From: Gemmatimonadaceae bacterium
Lineage (GTDB): Bacteria > Gemmatimonadota > Gemmatimonadetes > Gemmatimonadales > Gemmatimonadaceae
Reading direction: 5' to 3'
DNA length: 64,000 bases
NCBI GenBank assembly: GCA_044224875.1
Contig: JBGAJQ010000018.1
Span: 1-64,000 of the forward strand
Numbering within the stretch: position 1 is the first letter of the stretch; each line of letters starts with the position of its first letter. Made by a program: the position numbers and the translations under genes. The notes under the pieces were generated by a model that worked only from the letters and a program-made list of their open reading frames with translations, ran no database searches and was not told where the DNA came from. Of this stretch, positions 41,262-51,791 are shown piece after piece.

Positions 41262-42331
41262 CCATGGCGAACACGCGCACCACAAAGTGGCCGGTGGCCA
41301 TCCTTGGGGCCACGGGGGCAGTTGGGCAAACATTCGTTAGGCGGCTCGTCAACCATCCGTGGTTCGAGATCGTGGAGCTGGCGGCGTCGGAACGTTCGGC
41401 GGGAAAGCCGTATGGCGAAGCGTGCAAGTGGATTGAAGGCGCCATGCCCGCGGAGCTGGCGCAACGCCCGGTGGTCCTGTGTGAACCTGGCGCGATTCGG
41501 TCCCGCATCGTCTTCTCGGCGCTCGACAGCGCCGTGGCCGGCGAGATGGAACCGGCCTTCGCCCGTGCCGGCGCCGTGGTCCTGAGTAACGCCAAGAATT
41601 TCCGCATGGACGACGACGTGCCGCTGGTGATTCCAGAAGTGAATGGGCCGCACCTGGATCTGATCGCACGACAGCGTAGGACACGCGGTTGGCATGGGGC
41701 GATCGTGACCAACGCCAACTGTGCGGCGACGATGGCCACCATGGCGCTGGCCCCGCTGCACGAGGCGTTCGGCGTTCGTCAGGTCGTCGCGGTCACGTTT
41801 CAGAGCGTGTCGGGCGCTGGGTATCCCGGTGTGCCGTCCCTGGACATCCTCGGTAACGTGATCCCGTACATCGGCGACGAGGAGCCCAAGATCGAGCGTG
41901 AGATGAACAAGATGCTGGGCCGCCTGGTGGGTGACAGTGTGGAGCTGGCGGGATTCACGGTTTCGGCGCATGCCAACCGCGTCCCGACGCAGCATGGCCA
42001 CTTGGTGAACCTGTCGGTGGGGCTCGGGCGCCGGGCATCCGTCGACGAGGTCACGGAGGTCATGCGCCACTGGCAGGGATGTCCCGAGGCCCGATCGCTG
42101 CCCAGTTCACCCGCACGCGCGCTGGCCGTTACGTCGGAGCCCGATCGGCCGCAGACCCGCCGTGACGTGGATGCTGGCGCCGGCATGACGGTCACCGTTG
42201 GGCGTATCCGGCCCGATCCGATTTTCGACGTGAAGCTGGTCGCGTTAGGTCACAACACGATTCGTGGTGCGGCGGGTGGCTCCGTCCTGAACGCGGAGCT
42301 GCTGGCGGCGCGCGGCATCTTCGAGACGTGA
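41258..42331 (+). CDS. asd: Aspartate-semialdehyde dehydrogenase
   Basis: GATGAVGQ, PLVIPEVN, NANCA, QSVSGAGYPG, HNTIRGAAG. Confidence 0.95.
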   Translation: MTMANTRTTKWPVAILGATGAVGQTFVRRLVNHPWFEIVELAASERSAGKPYGEACKWIEGAMPAELAQRPVVLCEPGAIRSRIVFSALDSAVAGEMEPAFARAGAVVLSNAKNFRMDDDVPLVIPEVNGPHLDLIARQRRTRGWHGAIVTNANCAATMATMALAPLHEAFGVRQVVAVTFQSVSGAGYPGVPSLDILGNVIPYIGDEEPKIEREMNKMLGRLVGDSVELAGFTVSAHANRVPTQHGHLVNLSVGLGRRASVDEVTEVMRHWQGCPEARSLPSSPARALAVTSEPDRPQTRRDVDAGAGMTVTVGRIRPDPIFDVKLVALGHNTIRGAAGGSVLNAELLAARGIFET

Positions 42332-43683
42332 TCGTCATCAAATTCGGTGGCACGTCGGTGGGGGATGCCGACGCGATCAATCGCGCTGCGGAGATCGTGC
42401 ACGACCGTCGATCGCGGCGACCGGTGGTCGTGGTGTCGGCACTGGGCGGAGCGACCAACGCCCTGCTGTCGATTGCGGCGCAGGCCACCGATGGACACCT
42501 CATCAGTGCCATGCGCGGTGTGGAGGCCCTCCGCGAACGTCATCTCGAGGCCGCGGAGGCCCTGCTCGGTTCGTGGGCAGAAGCAACGGACGTTATCTCG
42601 GACCTCAGCGCGACGTTTGACGAATTGGCAAGCCTGGCCGAGGCCCTCTCGGTGCTCGGGCACGCCACACCGCGGAGCCGCGATGCGATCGCGGCGAAAG
42701 GGGAGATGCTGAGTTCCGAGCTGGTGGCGGCCGCATTTCGGTTACGTGGCGTTCCGGCCGTTCATGTGGATGCGTCGCAGGTGATGATCACGTCGGATCA
42801 GTTTGAGAAGGCTGAACCGCTTCCGGACAAGATCGCGGCTGCTACTCGAACCGTGGTGCGGCCCATCGTGGAGCGTGGCGCTGTGCCCGTGCTCGGCGGG
42901 TACATTGGCGCGTCGGAAAAGGGGATCATCACCACGCTGGGCCGCGGCGGGTCCGACTACAGTGCCTCGCTCATTGGTGCCGCGTTAGGCGTCGAAGCCA
43001 TCGAGATCTGGACGGACGTCGACGGCATGCTCACCGCGGACCCGCGTGTCGTCCCGGACGCGCAGGTGATCGATCGCATCCGGTTTGACGAGGCCAGTGA
43101 GCTGGCGTCATTCGGAGCCAAGGTCCTGCATCCGAACACCATCGCGCCTGCCGTCCGGTTGGGAATTCCCGTCTACATCTTCAACTCCCGCCGGCCCGAA
43201 GGGCAGGGGACGCAAATCACTTTCGACGCGCCGCTGCGCGAGGTGCGTGCGATCGCCGGAAAGCAACCCGTGACAGTGATCAAGGTGCGTTCGCCTCGGA
43301 TGCTGTTGGTTCACGGTTTCCTGCGCACCGTGTTCGAGATCTTCGATCGGCATCGCACGTCAGTGGACGTCGTGGCCACATCGGAGGTGTCGGTGAGCCT
43401 GACGGTCGATGACGCTTCGCACCTGGACGAACTGCTGGTGGAATTGGCGCAGCTGGGCGATGTGTCGGTCGAACGAAACCGTGGGATCGTGGCCTTGGTT
43501 GGCGCCGGTTTGGGTGCGAGCACTGCCGCCATGTCACGGGCTCTGGCGGCCGTTGGGCCGGTGCGGATTCACATGCTGTCGTTGTCGGCCAGTGGGATCA
43601 ACCTGACGATGCTGGTCGATGGCGATCAGGTGCCAGCCACGATGCGCGCCCTGCATGCGGCGTTCTTTGGTGCGGCCGTATGA
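42328..43683 (+). CDS. lysC: Aspartate kinase
   Basis: KFGGTSV, LGRGGSDYSA, WTDVDG, FGAKVLHP, two ACT domains. Confidence 0.95.
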   Translation: MIVIKFGGTSVGDADAINRAAEIVHDRRSRRPVVVVSALGGATNALLSIAAQATDGHLISAMRGVEALRERHLEAAEALLGSWAEATDVISDLSATFDELASLAEALSVLGHATPRSRDAIAAKGEMLSSELVAAAFRLRGVPAVHVDASQVMITSDQFEKAEPLPDKIAAATRTVVRPIVERGAVPVLGGYIGASEKGIITTLGRGGSDYSASLIGAALGVEAIEIWTDVDGMLTADPRVVPDAQVIDRIRFDEASELASFGAKVLHPNTIAPAVRLGIPVYIFNSRRPEGQGTQITFDAPLREVRAIAGKQPVTVIKVRSPRMLLVHGFLRTVFEIFDRHRTSVDVVATSEVSVSLTVDDASHLDELLVELAQLGDVSVERNRGIVALVGAGLGASTAAMSRALAAVGPVRIHMLSLSASGINLTMLVDGDQVPATMRALHAAFFGAAV

Positions 43684-44387
43684 AGCCCTTGAAGATCGCC
43701 TGCATAGGGTATGGCAAGATGGGGCGATCGGTCGAGGCGCTGGCCGTAGCGCGCGGGCATGAAGTCGTGGCGCGAATCGATCGCGCGACGAGGGAGGGGA
43801 GGGCCAGCCTCACGCGTGAGGCGCTCGGCCAGGCGGACGTTGCGATCGAGTTCTCTGTTCCCGATGCGGCCGTGGCCAACGCCTTGGCGTGTCTGGATGC
43901 GGGCGTCCCGGTGGTCGTGGGTACGACCGGATGGTATGGGGAGCTCGCGCGGGTGCGTGAGCACGCGGAGCGGCGGGGTGGAAGTCTCTTTTTTGCGCCG
44001 AATTTTTCGCCGGGCGTCGCCATCTTTGCGGCGATCGCCGCGCGGGCCGCCGCGATGCTGGCGGGGGACGCGACCTTCGACGTGCACATCGTGGAAACGC
44101 ACCACGCGGCCAAGCGAGACGCTCCCTCGGGGACGGCCAAGCTGCTCCGCGATGCGTTGGCAACGGAACCGCCGCGCGAGATCCCTATAACGAGTGTGCG
44201 CGTTGGTTCGGTTCCAGGAACGCACGAGATCATATGCGACGCCCCCTTCGAGCAGATTCGGTTGGTGCATGAAGCGCGGGATCGGCGGGTGTTCGCCGCC
44301 GGCGCGTTGCGTGCGGCGGAATGGCTCGTTGGTCGCGTTGGCGTGTTTACCATGGACGACATGTTGCAACTGACCGGAGGGTCGTGA
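43680..44387 (+). CDS. dapB: 4-hydroxy-tetrahydrodipicolinate reductase
   Basis: GYGKMG, VGTTGW, ETHHAAKRDAPSGTA. Confidence 0.95.
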   Translation: MKPLKIACIGYGKMGRSVEALAVARGHEVVARIDRATREGRASLTREALGQADVAIEFSVPDAAVANALACLDAGVPVVVGTTGWYGELARVREHAERRGGSLFFAPNFSPGVAIFAAIAARAAAMLAGDATFDVHIVETHHAAKRDAPSGTAKLLRDALATEPPREIPITSVRVGSVPGTHEIICDAPFEQIRLVHEARDRRVFAAGALRAAEWLVGRVGVFTMDDMLQLTGGS

Positions 44388-44389
44388 TC

Positions 44390-45283
44390 GTGAGCGCCTC
44401 ACTCCTTCGGGGCTGCGGAACCGCCCTTGTGACTCCCTTCACGCGCAGCGGCGCGGTAGACGAGGGGGCCGTCCGAGCCCTGGTCCAATGGCAGCTGGAC
44501 GAAGGCATTCATTTCCTGGTTCCCTGCGGATCCACGGGCGAGGCGGTCACGCTGACGCCGGCCGAACATCGCCGCGTGGTCGAGCTGACGGTTGACGTGG
44601 TGGCCGGACGCGTTCCAGTGGTTGCGGGTGCCGGTTCCAATGATACCGCCAAGGCGATCGTCCTCTCCCGGGAGATGGCGGCAGCCGGTGCGACGCACCT
44701 GTTGCATGTCTCGCCGATGTACAACAAGCCGCCACAGCGAGGCATGGTAGCGCACTTCCGAGCGATCGCCGACGCCGTGAGCCTTCCCATCGTTGTCTAC
44801 AATGTGCCGGGACGCACGGCCAGCAATATCGAGGCTCGTACGACCCTGGAGTTGGCGCAGATTCCGGGAATCGTGGCGGTGAAGGAGGCGTCGGGGAATG
44901 TTGGACAGGTCGCCGACATCCTGCGTGACTGTCCCGCGGACTTCAGTGTCCTATCGGGCGACGATGCGCTCACGGTTCCGATGATGGCACTGGGTGCGCA
45001 CGGGGTCATCTCGGTGATCAGCAATGCCACGCCGCGCGCCATGGCCCAACTGGTCGACGCCTGCGCGGCGGGTGATTTCACGAAGGGCGCGGCGCTGCAT
45101 CGACAGCTACAACCGTGGATGTCGGCCGCGTTCGTCGAGAGCAACCCGATCCCGGTGAAGGCGGCGTTGTCCATGATGGGCCGAATCGAGAATGTCCTGC
45201 GCCTGCCGCTGGTCCCGCTGAGCGAGACGCACGTGCCGGGCGTCCGATCCGCTCTCGTCGCCGCCGGAGCCATGGACCGATGA
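44390..45283 (+). CDS. dapA: 4-hydroxy-tetrahydrodipicolinate synthase
   Basis: ALVTPF, GSTGE, YNVPGRT, VKEASG, SNPIPVK. Confidence 0.96.
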   Translation: MSASLLRGCGTALVTPFTRSGAVDEGAVRALVQWQLDEGIHFLVPCGSTGEAVTLTPAEHRRVVELTVDVVAGRVPVVAGAGSNDTAKAIVLSREMAAAGATHLLHVSPMYNKPPQRGMVAHFRAIADAVSLPIVVYNVPGRTASNIEARTTLELAQIPGIVAVKEASGNVGQVADILRDCPADFSVLSGDDALTVPMMALGAHGVISVISNATPRAMAQLVDACAAGDFTKGAALHRQLQPWMSAAFVESNPIPVKAALSMMGRIENVLRLPLVPLSETHVPGVRSALVAAGAMDR

Positions 45284-46134
45284 CCGATGCGCTCGTCAGG
45301 TTGGAGTCACGCGTTCAGGAGCTCGCGGCCTGGCCTTCTTCGGAAGCGCTCCCGGCGGATGCCGAGGCCGTGGTCGCCCAGCTGATCGAGTCTCTGGAGG
45401 GTGGCGAAGTACGAGCGGCGCAACGCGACGAACGGAACACCTGGCGCGCCGTTCCCTGGGTCAAGAAGGGGATCCTGCTCGCCTTTCGCGCTGGACGCAT
45501 CGTCGCGTGGTCGGATGACCGGTCGATCTTGTCGTTCCAGGACAAGCACACACTGCCTATTCGCCGCTTCGGGACGGAGGACGGCGTGCGGGTGGTTCCG
45601 GGAGGGTCCAGTGTCCGGCGTGGTGCCTATGTGGCGCCTAACGTCGTCTGCATGCCGCCGATGTACATCAACGTCGGCGCATGGGTTGGGCGTGGCACCA
45701 TGGTCGATTCCCACGCACTGGTCGGCTCGTGCGCGCAGATCGGCGAACGCGTACACCTGAGCGCCGCGGCGCAGATCGGTGGCGTGCTGGAGCCAGTGAA
45801 CGCCGCACCGGTGATCGTCGAGGATGACGTCATCGTCGGTGGCAATTGTGGCGTGTATGAGGGCACCGTGGTGCGGCAGCGCGCCGTGCTCGCCGCTGGC
45901 ACCATCCTCACGAGGGGCACGCCCGTGTTCGACCTGGTGCGCGAGCAGGTCTATCGAGGCTCGACCGACGCACCGCTGGAGATCCCGCCGGGCGCTGTCG
46001 TGGTGCCGGGCGCTCGCCAGGTCGCCGGTGGATGGGGCGCCACACAACACCTCTCGTTGCAGACGCCGGTGATCGTAAAGTACCGCGATGAAAAGACCGA
46101 CCTCTCGACCGCCCTCGAGGAATGGCTGCGTTAG
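45280..46134 (+). CDS. dapD: Tetrahydrodipicolinate N-succinyltransferase
   Basis: WVKKGILLAF, NVGAWVGRGTMVD, GSCAQIG, IGGVLEP, VVVPG. Confidence 0.95.
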   Translation: MTDALVRLESRVQELAAWPSSEALPADAEAVVAQLIESLEGGEVRAAQRDERNTWRAVPWVKKGILLAFRAGRIVAWSDDRSILSFQDKHTLPIRRFGTEDGVRVVPGGSSVRRGAYVAPNVVCMPPMYINVGAWVGRGTMVDSHALVGSCAQIGERVHLSAAAQIGGVLEPVNAAPVIVEDDVIVGGNCGVYEGTVVRQRAVLAAGTILTRGTPVFDLVREQVYRGSTDAPLEIPPGAVVVPGARQVAGGWGATQHLSLQTPVIVKYRDEKTDLSTALEEWLR

Positions 46135-46136
46135 GC

Positions 46137-47414
46137 ATGCGGGAGCTTCAGGTGTCTGGTGTCATCCGAGTGCCGGGTGACAAGTCGATCTCGCATCGCG
46201 CGTTGATGCTTGGCACGCTTGCCGACGGTCGGTCGACCATCCGTGGCATCCTGCAAAGCGACGATGTCGCCAGTACGGCACGCGTACTGGGTGCACTCGG
46301 CGCGCAGATTCCGCGGCTCTCCGATGACATGACCTTCACCGGGCGCGGACTCGGGGGACTGAACTCACCCGGGGAACCGCTGGACTGTGGAAACAGCGGG
46401 ACGACTGCGCGCCTCGTGGCCGGGATCGTCGCCGGCGCCGGTGTGGATGCGACGCTGCTGGGGGACGCCAGCTTGCACACGCGGCCCATGGGACGCGTGG
46501 CGAAGCCGTTGCAGCTCATGGGGGCAGAGGTATCGTTTCTCGAGGTGCCGGATCGTCTCCCGATGCGGATATCGGGACGGCGGTTGCACGGCGTGCACTA
46601 CGAGTCGCCCACGGCGAGCGCGCAAATCAAGAGTGCCGTGCTCCTCGCCGCGGTAACAGCGCGGGTACCAGCGTCTGTTGCGGAGCCGACGCGCTCTCGC
46701 GATCACTCGGAGCACATGCTCCAATCGATGGGCGTGGAGATGACGATCTCCGATCGTGAGGTTGCGATCACCAGGGTTCCGGAGCGACTGGCACCGCTCA
46801 ACCTACACGTGCCCGGAGATCCTTCATCGGCGGCTTACTTTCTCGCTCTCGGGGCCCTGGCGCAGGCCGGAACGTTGCGCCTGACGAATGTGCTCCTGAA
46901 CCCCACGCGCACCGGTTTCGTCGCCGCCCTGCAACGGATGGGCGCTCGCCTTCGCGTCGAGGGATCGCAATCGGTGGCAGGGGAGATGGTCGGAGATCTC
47001 GTGATCGAGGGCGGGGGAGCGCTCGCCTCCACACAGGTCGATGCCGATGAAGTGCCGTCGATGATCGATGAATTGCCACTGCTTGCCTGCCTCGCCAGCC
47101 GGGCGGCAGGCGAGACGATCATCCGCGGTGCCCGGGAGATGCGGGTAAAGGAGTCGGATCGCATCGCGGTCACCGTCGCGAACCTGAGAGCGATTGGCGT
47201 CGACGCGTCGGAGCTGCCGGACGGTCTTCGAGTCACCGGAAGCGGGCATCCACTGCGTGGCCAGGTGGCAACACATGATGACCATCGGATCGCCATGTCC
47301 TTCGGGATCCTTCAGGCCTTACCGGGAGCCGCGATTACGCTGGACAATCCCGGTTGTGTGACGATTTCTTACCCAGACTTTTGGCGCGACCTGGAGCGGG
47401 CCTGTGGCGCCTAA
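46137..47414 (+). CDS. aroA: EPSP synthase
   Basis: PGDKSISHR, DCGNSGTT, RPM, ASAQIKSA, RDHSE, KESDR, DHRIAM. Confidence 0.96.
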   Translation: MRELQVSGVIRVPGDKSISHRALMLGTLADGRSTIRGILQSDDVASTARVLGALGAQIPRLSDDMTFTGRGLGGLNSPGEPLDCGNSGTTARLVAGIVAGAGVDATLLGDASLHTRPMGRVAKPLQLMGAEVSFLEVPDRLPMRISGRRLHGVHYESPTASAQIKSAVLLAAVTARVPASVAEPTRSRDHSEHMLQSMGVEMTISDREVAITRVPERLAPLNLHVPGDPSSAAYFLALGALAQAGTLRLTNVLLNPTRTGFVAALQRMGARLRVEGSQSVAGEMVGDLVIEGGGALASTQVDADEVPSMIDELPLLACLASRAAGETIIRGAREMRVKESDRIAVTVANLRAIGVDASELPDGLRVTGSGHPLRGQVATHDDHRIAMSFGILQALPGAAITLDNPGCVTISYPDFWRDLERACGA

Positions 47415-48078
47415 GTATATGGTGGTCGCGATCGACGGCCCCGCGGCGTCGGGTAAGTCGTCGACGGCGCAGTGGGTGGCGCAGGAACTCAAATTCCGAC
47501 ACGTGGATTCGGGCGCGCTGTATCGCGCGGCAGCAGCGGCCGCGATGCGTCGGGGAGTACCCGTGGAGGCCCTACGCGAGGAGGACGTCCTGCAGGCCGT
47601 GGGATCGGTGGGCCTGGCGGCGAAGACCACCTCCTTCGCACCGCTGCTCGACGGCGACGACGCCTCCGAGGAAATCCGAACCGAAGCCGTCACCCGGGCC
47701 GTCTCGGTCGTGGCTCAGATGCCACGGGTGCGAGCATGGGTCAACGAACGCGTCCAACAAGTCGCCGCCAACCATGATGTGGTGGTAGACGGGCGAGACA
47801 TGGGAACAGCGGTTTTCCCCCAGGCCGCCCTCAAGGTCTTCCTGGTGGCGGACCCTTGGGAACGTGCTCGGCGACGGCTCATTCAAGTGTTGGGCCGACA
47901 CCCCAGCGACCCTGAGATCGCGGAAGAGACCGAACGCCTGGTGCGCCGTGACGCAGCGGACGCGACGCAAACGGCGCAGGCGCGCGATGCCGTTCTCATC
48001 GACACGACGTACCTGACGCAAGAGCAGCAGGTCGCGCGAATCGTAGCACTCGCGCTGGCGGCTCGTCCACGCGAATAG
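47404..48078 (+). CDS. cmk: Cytidylate kinase
   Basis: IDGPAASGKSS, DSGALYR, DGRDMGT. Confidence 0.95.
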   Translation: MAPKYMVVAIDGPAASGKSSTAQWVAQELKFRHVDSGALYRAAAAAAMRRGVPVEALREEDVLQAVGSVGLAAKTTSFAPLLDGDDASEEIRTEAVTRAVSVVAQMPRVRAWVNERVQQVAANHDVVVDGRDMGTAVFPQAALKVFLVADPWERARRRLIQVLGRHPSDPEIAEETERLVRRDAADATQTAQARDAVLIDTTYLTQEQQVARIVALALAARPRE

Positions 48079-48208
48079 AGCCCACCCGGGGTACTCCGGT
48101 CGATTTGCCGGAAACTCTTCGCGGAAGTCGCCGCAGTGCCTTGGCAAAGCGCCTTCTGAGCGACTAACGGAGCGCCGGGCGCCCGCTGGTGGCGCGTAAG
48201 CGTGACCG

Positions 48209-48237
48209 TTGAGAAAACGCGCCGTCTCCCATAGCTT
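48209..48237 (+). promoter_or_regulatory. Putative sigma70 promoter of rpsA
   Basis: TTGAGA (48209-14), 17-nt spacer, TAGCTT (48232-37). Confidence 0.55.
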
Positions 48238-48349
48238 TATCGGCTCCCCGCAAATGCAACGCCGTATGCGGCTTCGGCATTTGCACGTCGTCTAACCTCA
48301 ACCGGGATCGGCGGTCCGTTCTGCCGAGCCGTTCCCCACTTTGGAGTCT

Positions 48350-50122
48350 ATGTCCGAACTCGAATCCACCCCAACCGGCACGGTCGAAAAGCGCAAAGCC
48401 CAAAAGGGCGAGCTTCGTCCGCTTGCCAACCGTCGCCCGGAACTCTACGACGAGGATGAATACTCGTCCGCCGAGTATGAGCGGATGATGGAGATGTACA
48501 ACGGAACGCTCGCATCCATCGACGAAGGTGAGATCGTCAAGTCGAAGGTGCTCGAGATCCGTGAGAACATGGTTGTCCTCGACATCGGCTTTAAGTCCGA
48601 AGGGACGATCCCGCTCGAAGAATTCAAGGACATGCCCGACCTCAAGCCGGGCGATGAAGTTGAGGTTCTTCTGGAGCACCTGGAAGATCAGGAAGGGTCG
48701 GTCGTCCTCTCGAAGAAGAAGGCCGATTTCATGCGGGTGTGGGAACGCATCCGCGTGGCATATGAAACCGACCAGCCGGTGGAAGGCACGCTCGTCAAGA
48801 AGATCAAGGGCGGCGTGGTGGTGGACCTGATGGGAGTGGATGCGTTCCTCCCGGGTTCGCAGATCGCGCTGCGTCGTGTCCCCAACATCGACGAGCTGCT
48901 CGGCCAGAAGTACGAGTTCAAGATCATCAAGCTCAACAAGCGCCGCCGCAACATCGTCGTGTCGCGCCGTGTGATCCTGGAAGCCGAACGCGCCGGCAAG
49001 CGCGAGAAGCTCATGAAGGAGTTGCAGAAGGATCAGGTGCGAAAGGGCGTGGTCAAGAACATCACGGACTTCGGCGCGTTCATCGACCTGGGTGGCGTGG
49101 ACGGCTTGCTGCACATCACCGACATGTCGTGGGGCCGCATTTCGCATCCCAACGAGATGGTCCACATCGGACAGGAGCTGGAGATCAAGGTCCTGGACAT
49201 CGATTGGGACCGCGAGCGTATCTCGCTCGGACTCAAGCAGCTGCAACCGTATCCGTGGAAGGATGTCATTGCCAAGTACCCGGTCGGCACGCGGGTCACC
49301 GGCAAGGTGGTGTCCATCACGAACTACGGCGCGTTCATCGAACTGGAGCCGGGCATCGAAGGACTGGTGCACATCTCCGAGATGAGCTGGACGCGCAACG
49401 TGCGGCATCCGTCGAAGATCGTGTCGATCGGCGAGACCATCGAGGCCGTGGTGCTCAAGGTGGATCCGAACGAAGAGAAGATCTCGCTCGGCATGAAGCA
49501 GACGGAGCAGGATCCCTGGATGGTGCTGCCGCTGAAGTATCCGGTGGGCACGCGTCTCTCTGGCAAGGTCCGCAACCTCACGAGCTTCGGCGCCTTTGTC
49601 GAAATCGAACCGGGCATCGACGGCCTCATTCACATCTCCGACATGAGCTGGACCAAGCGCGTGCAGCACCCGTCGGAAGTGGTGAAGAAGGGCGATACGG
49701 TAGATGTCGTGATCCTGAACATCGACAGCGACAACAAGCGGATCTCGTTAGGTCTCAAGCAGGCGACCGACGATCCGTGGCTGTCGATCGGCGAGACGTA
49801 TCCTGTTGGCACCGAGTTGCGTGGGCATGTGGTGCGCTTGATGGAAAAGGGCGTGGTCGTCGACATCGGCAACGACATCGAGGGCTTTGTCCCGCTCAGC
49901 CACATTCCGTCCACCAAGCAGATCAACTCGCCGGCCGATGTCTGCTGGGAAGGGATGATCCTTGACCTGCGCATCGTGGAGGTCGATCCGATTCATCGCC
50001 GTATCGTCCTCACCGTCACGGATATTCCCGAGGAGCAACCGCCAAAGCCGGAGGGTCCGGTCAAGATTCACACGGACGATGAAGTCCCGGCGATCGAAGA
50101 CGTGGCCGACATGATCGAGTAG
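48350..50122 (+). CDS. rpsA: 30S ribosomal protein S1
   Basis: Six S1 repeats ([34 protein letters not shown]). Confidence 0.97.
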   Translation: MSELESTPTGTVEKRKAQKGELRPLANRRPELYDEDEYSSAEYERMMEMYNGTLASIDEGEIVKSKVLEIRENMVVLDIGFKSEGTIPLEEFKDMPDLKPGDEVEVLLEHLEDQEGSVVLSKKKADFMRVWERIRVAYETDQPVEGTLVKKIKGGVVVDLMGVDAFLPGSQIALRRVPNIDELLGQKYEFKIIKLNKRRRNIVVSRRVILEAERAGKREKLMKELQKDQVRKGVVKNITDFGAFIDLGGVDGLLHITDMSWGRISHPNEMVHIGQELEIKVLDIDWDRERISLGLKQLQPYPWKDVIAKYPVGTRVTGKVVSITNYGAFIELEPGIEGLVHISEMSWTRNVRHPSKIVSIGETIEAVVLKVDPNEEKISLGMKQTEQDPWMVLPLKYPVGTRLSGKVRNLTSFGAFVEIEPGIDGLIHISDMSWTKRVQHPSEVVKKGDTVDVVILNIDSDNKRISLGLKQATDDPWLSIGETYPVGTELRGHVVRLMEKGVVVDIGNDIEGFVPLSHIPSTKQINSPADVCWEGMILDLRIVEVDPIHRRIVLTVTDIPEEQPPKPEGPVKIHTDDEVPAIEDVADMIE

Positions 50123-50148
50123 GACGGTCGAGTCACCTGTTGGTTGCA

Positions 50149-50180
50149 CGCGCCCCGCGAGTTCCGATTCGCGGGGCGCG
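50149..50180 (+). terminator. Terminator-like hairpin after rpsA
   Basis: CGCGCCCCGCGA/TCGCGGGGCGCG followed by ATCATTT. Confidence 0.65.
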
Positions 50181-50240
50181 ATCATTTCCAGCGCATCGCT
50201 TCCTAGTGGAGACGTTGGAGCGACACTAGGTTTCGGCGCC

Positions 50241-51791
50241 ATGAGCATGCGCGAGAACCTGGAGCTCCTCGAGCGACGACGCGCCGAGTCAGAGCAGGGC
50301 GGCGGCCCAAGCCGGATCCAAGCCCAGCACGACAAGGGGAAGCTGACGGCGCGGGAACGACTCGACCTGCTGCTCGACGATGGCAGCTTTGTGGAGTACG
50401 ACCGCTTCGTCACCCATCGGTCGACGGACTTCGGCTTGGAAACGCAGAAGACGTACGGCGATGGCGTGGTAACGGGTCACGGGCGGATCGACGGCCGCCT
50501 GGTCTACGTCTTCTCCCAGGATTTCACGGTCTTTGGCGGGTCGTTGTCCGAGACCTTCGCCGAAAAAATCTGCAAGGTGATGGACCTCGCGGTACGAAAT
50601 GGGGCGCCGGTCATCGGACTGAACGACTCCGGCGGGGCCCGCATCCAGGAAGGCGTGGTGTCGTTAGGTGGGTACGCCGACATTTTCCTTCGCAACACGC
50701 TGGCGTCGGGCGTGGTGCCGCAGATCTCTGCGATCCTTGGTCCCTGTGCCGGCGGGGCCGTATACTCGCCGGCCATCACCGACTTCATCTTCATGGTGCG
50801 CGGGACCTCGTACATGTTCGTCACTGGACCCAACGTGGTGAAGACGGTCACCCACGAGGACGTGACCATGGAGGCCTTGGGCGGAGCGGACACGCATGCG
50901 GCGACGTCGGGCGTCGCGCATTTCGCCTGCGATTCGGAGTTGCAGTGTCTGCAGATGATCCGGGACATGTTCCGATTCATCCCGCAGAACAACCTCGCCG
51001 ATCCGCCACGCGGTGCCGGGACAGATCCGCGCGACCGGCGCGATGAAGCGCTCCTCGACATCGTTCCCGACAGCCCCAACAAGCCCTATGACATGCATGA
51101 CGTCATCCGTCGCGTGTTCGACGATGGCGAGTTTTACGAAGTGCACAAGTCGTTTGCCGAGAACATTCTCTGCGGCTTCGCGCACCTGGGCGGGCATTCC
51201 GTCGGCATCATCGCAAATCAGCCAGCCGTCCTCGCCGGAGTGTTGGACATCAATGCGTCGATCAAGGGGGCGCGCTTCGTGCGTTTCTGCGACGCGTTCA
51301 ATATCCCGATCATCACCTTCGAAGACGTTCCCGGCTTCCTCCCGGGCGTGGCCCAGGAACACGGCGGCATCATCCGTCACGGCGCCAAGCTGCTGTATGC
51401 GTATTGCGAGGCCACGGTGCCAAAGCTCACCGTGATCACTCGTAAGGCCTACGGTGGCGCCTACGACGTGATGAACTCCAAGCACATTCGTGGTGACATG
51501 AACCTCGCCTGGCCCACCGCCGAAATCGCTGTCATGGGCCCCAAGGGCGCAGTGGAAATCCTCTTCCGCAAGGAGATCGCCGAGGCCGAGGATCCGCAGG
51601 CAGCGATGGACGAACGGGTGGCGGAGTATACCGCCAAGTTCGCGAATCCTTACGTCGCTGCGAGCCGTGGGTTCGTGGACGACATCATCGATCCGCGCGA
51701 CACGCGCATGCGATTGATCGATGCCTTGGACACGCTCGTGGCTAAACGCGACCGCAACCCGCCAAAGAAGCACGGCAACATCCCACTCTGA
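50241..51791 (+). CDS. pccB: Acyl-CoA (propionyl-CoA-type) carboxylase carboxyltransferase subunit
   Basis: [54 protein letters not shown]. Confidence 0.92.
   Translation: MSMRENLELLERRRAESEQGGGPSRIQAQHDKGKLTARERLDLLLDDGSFVEYDRFVTHRSTDFGLETQKTYGDGVVTGHGRIDGRLVYVFSQDFTVFGGSLSETFAEKICKVMDLAVRNGAPVIGLNDSGGARIQEGVVSLGGYADIFLRNTLASGVVPQISAILGPCAGGAVYSPAITDFIFMVRGTSYMFVTGPNVVKTVTHEDVTMEALGGADTHAATSGVAHFACDSELQCLQMIRDMFRFIPQNNLADPPRGAGTDPRDRRDEALLDIVPDSPNKPYDMHDVIRRVFDDGEFYEVHKSFAENILCGFAHLGGHSVGIIANQPAVLAGVLDINASIKGARFVRFCDAFNIPIITFEDVPGFLPGVAQEHGGIIRHGAKLLYAYCEATVPKLTVITRKAYGGAYDVMNSKHIRGDMNLAWPTAEIAVMGPKGAVEILFRKEIAEAEDPQAAMDERVAEYTAKFANPYVAASRGFVDDIIDPRDTRMRLIDALDTLVAKRDRNPPKKHGNIPL

Noticed and set aside
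48164..49669. 501-aa antisense ORF opposite rpsA, and similar long shadow ORFs opposite arcA, pheS/pheT, asd and pccB
   Set aside because: Expected shadow of high-GC codon bias; no recognisable motifs.
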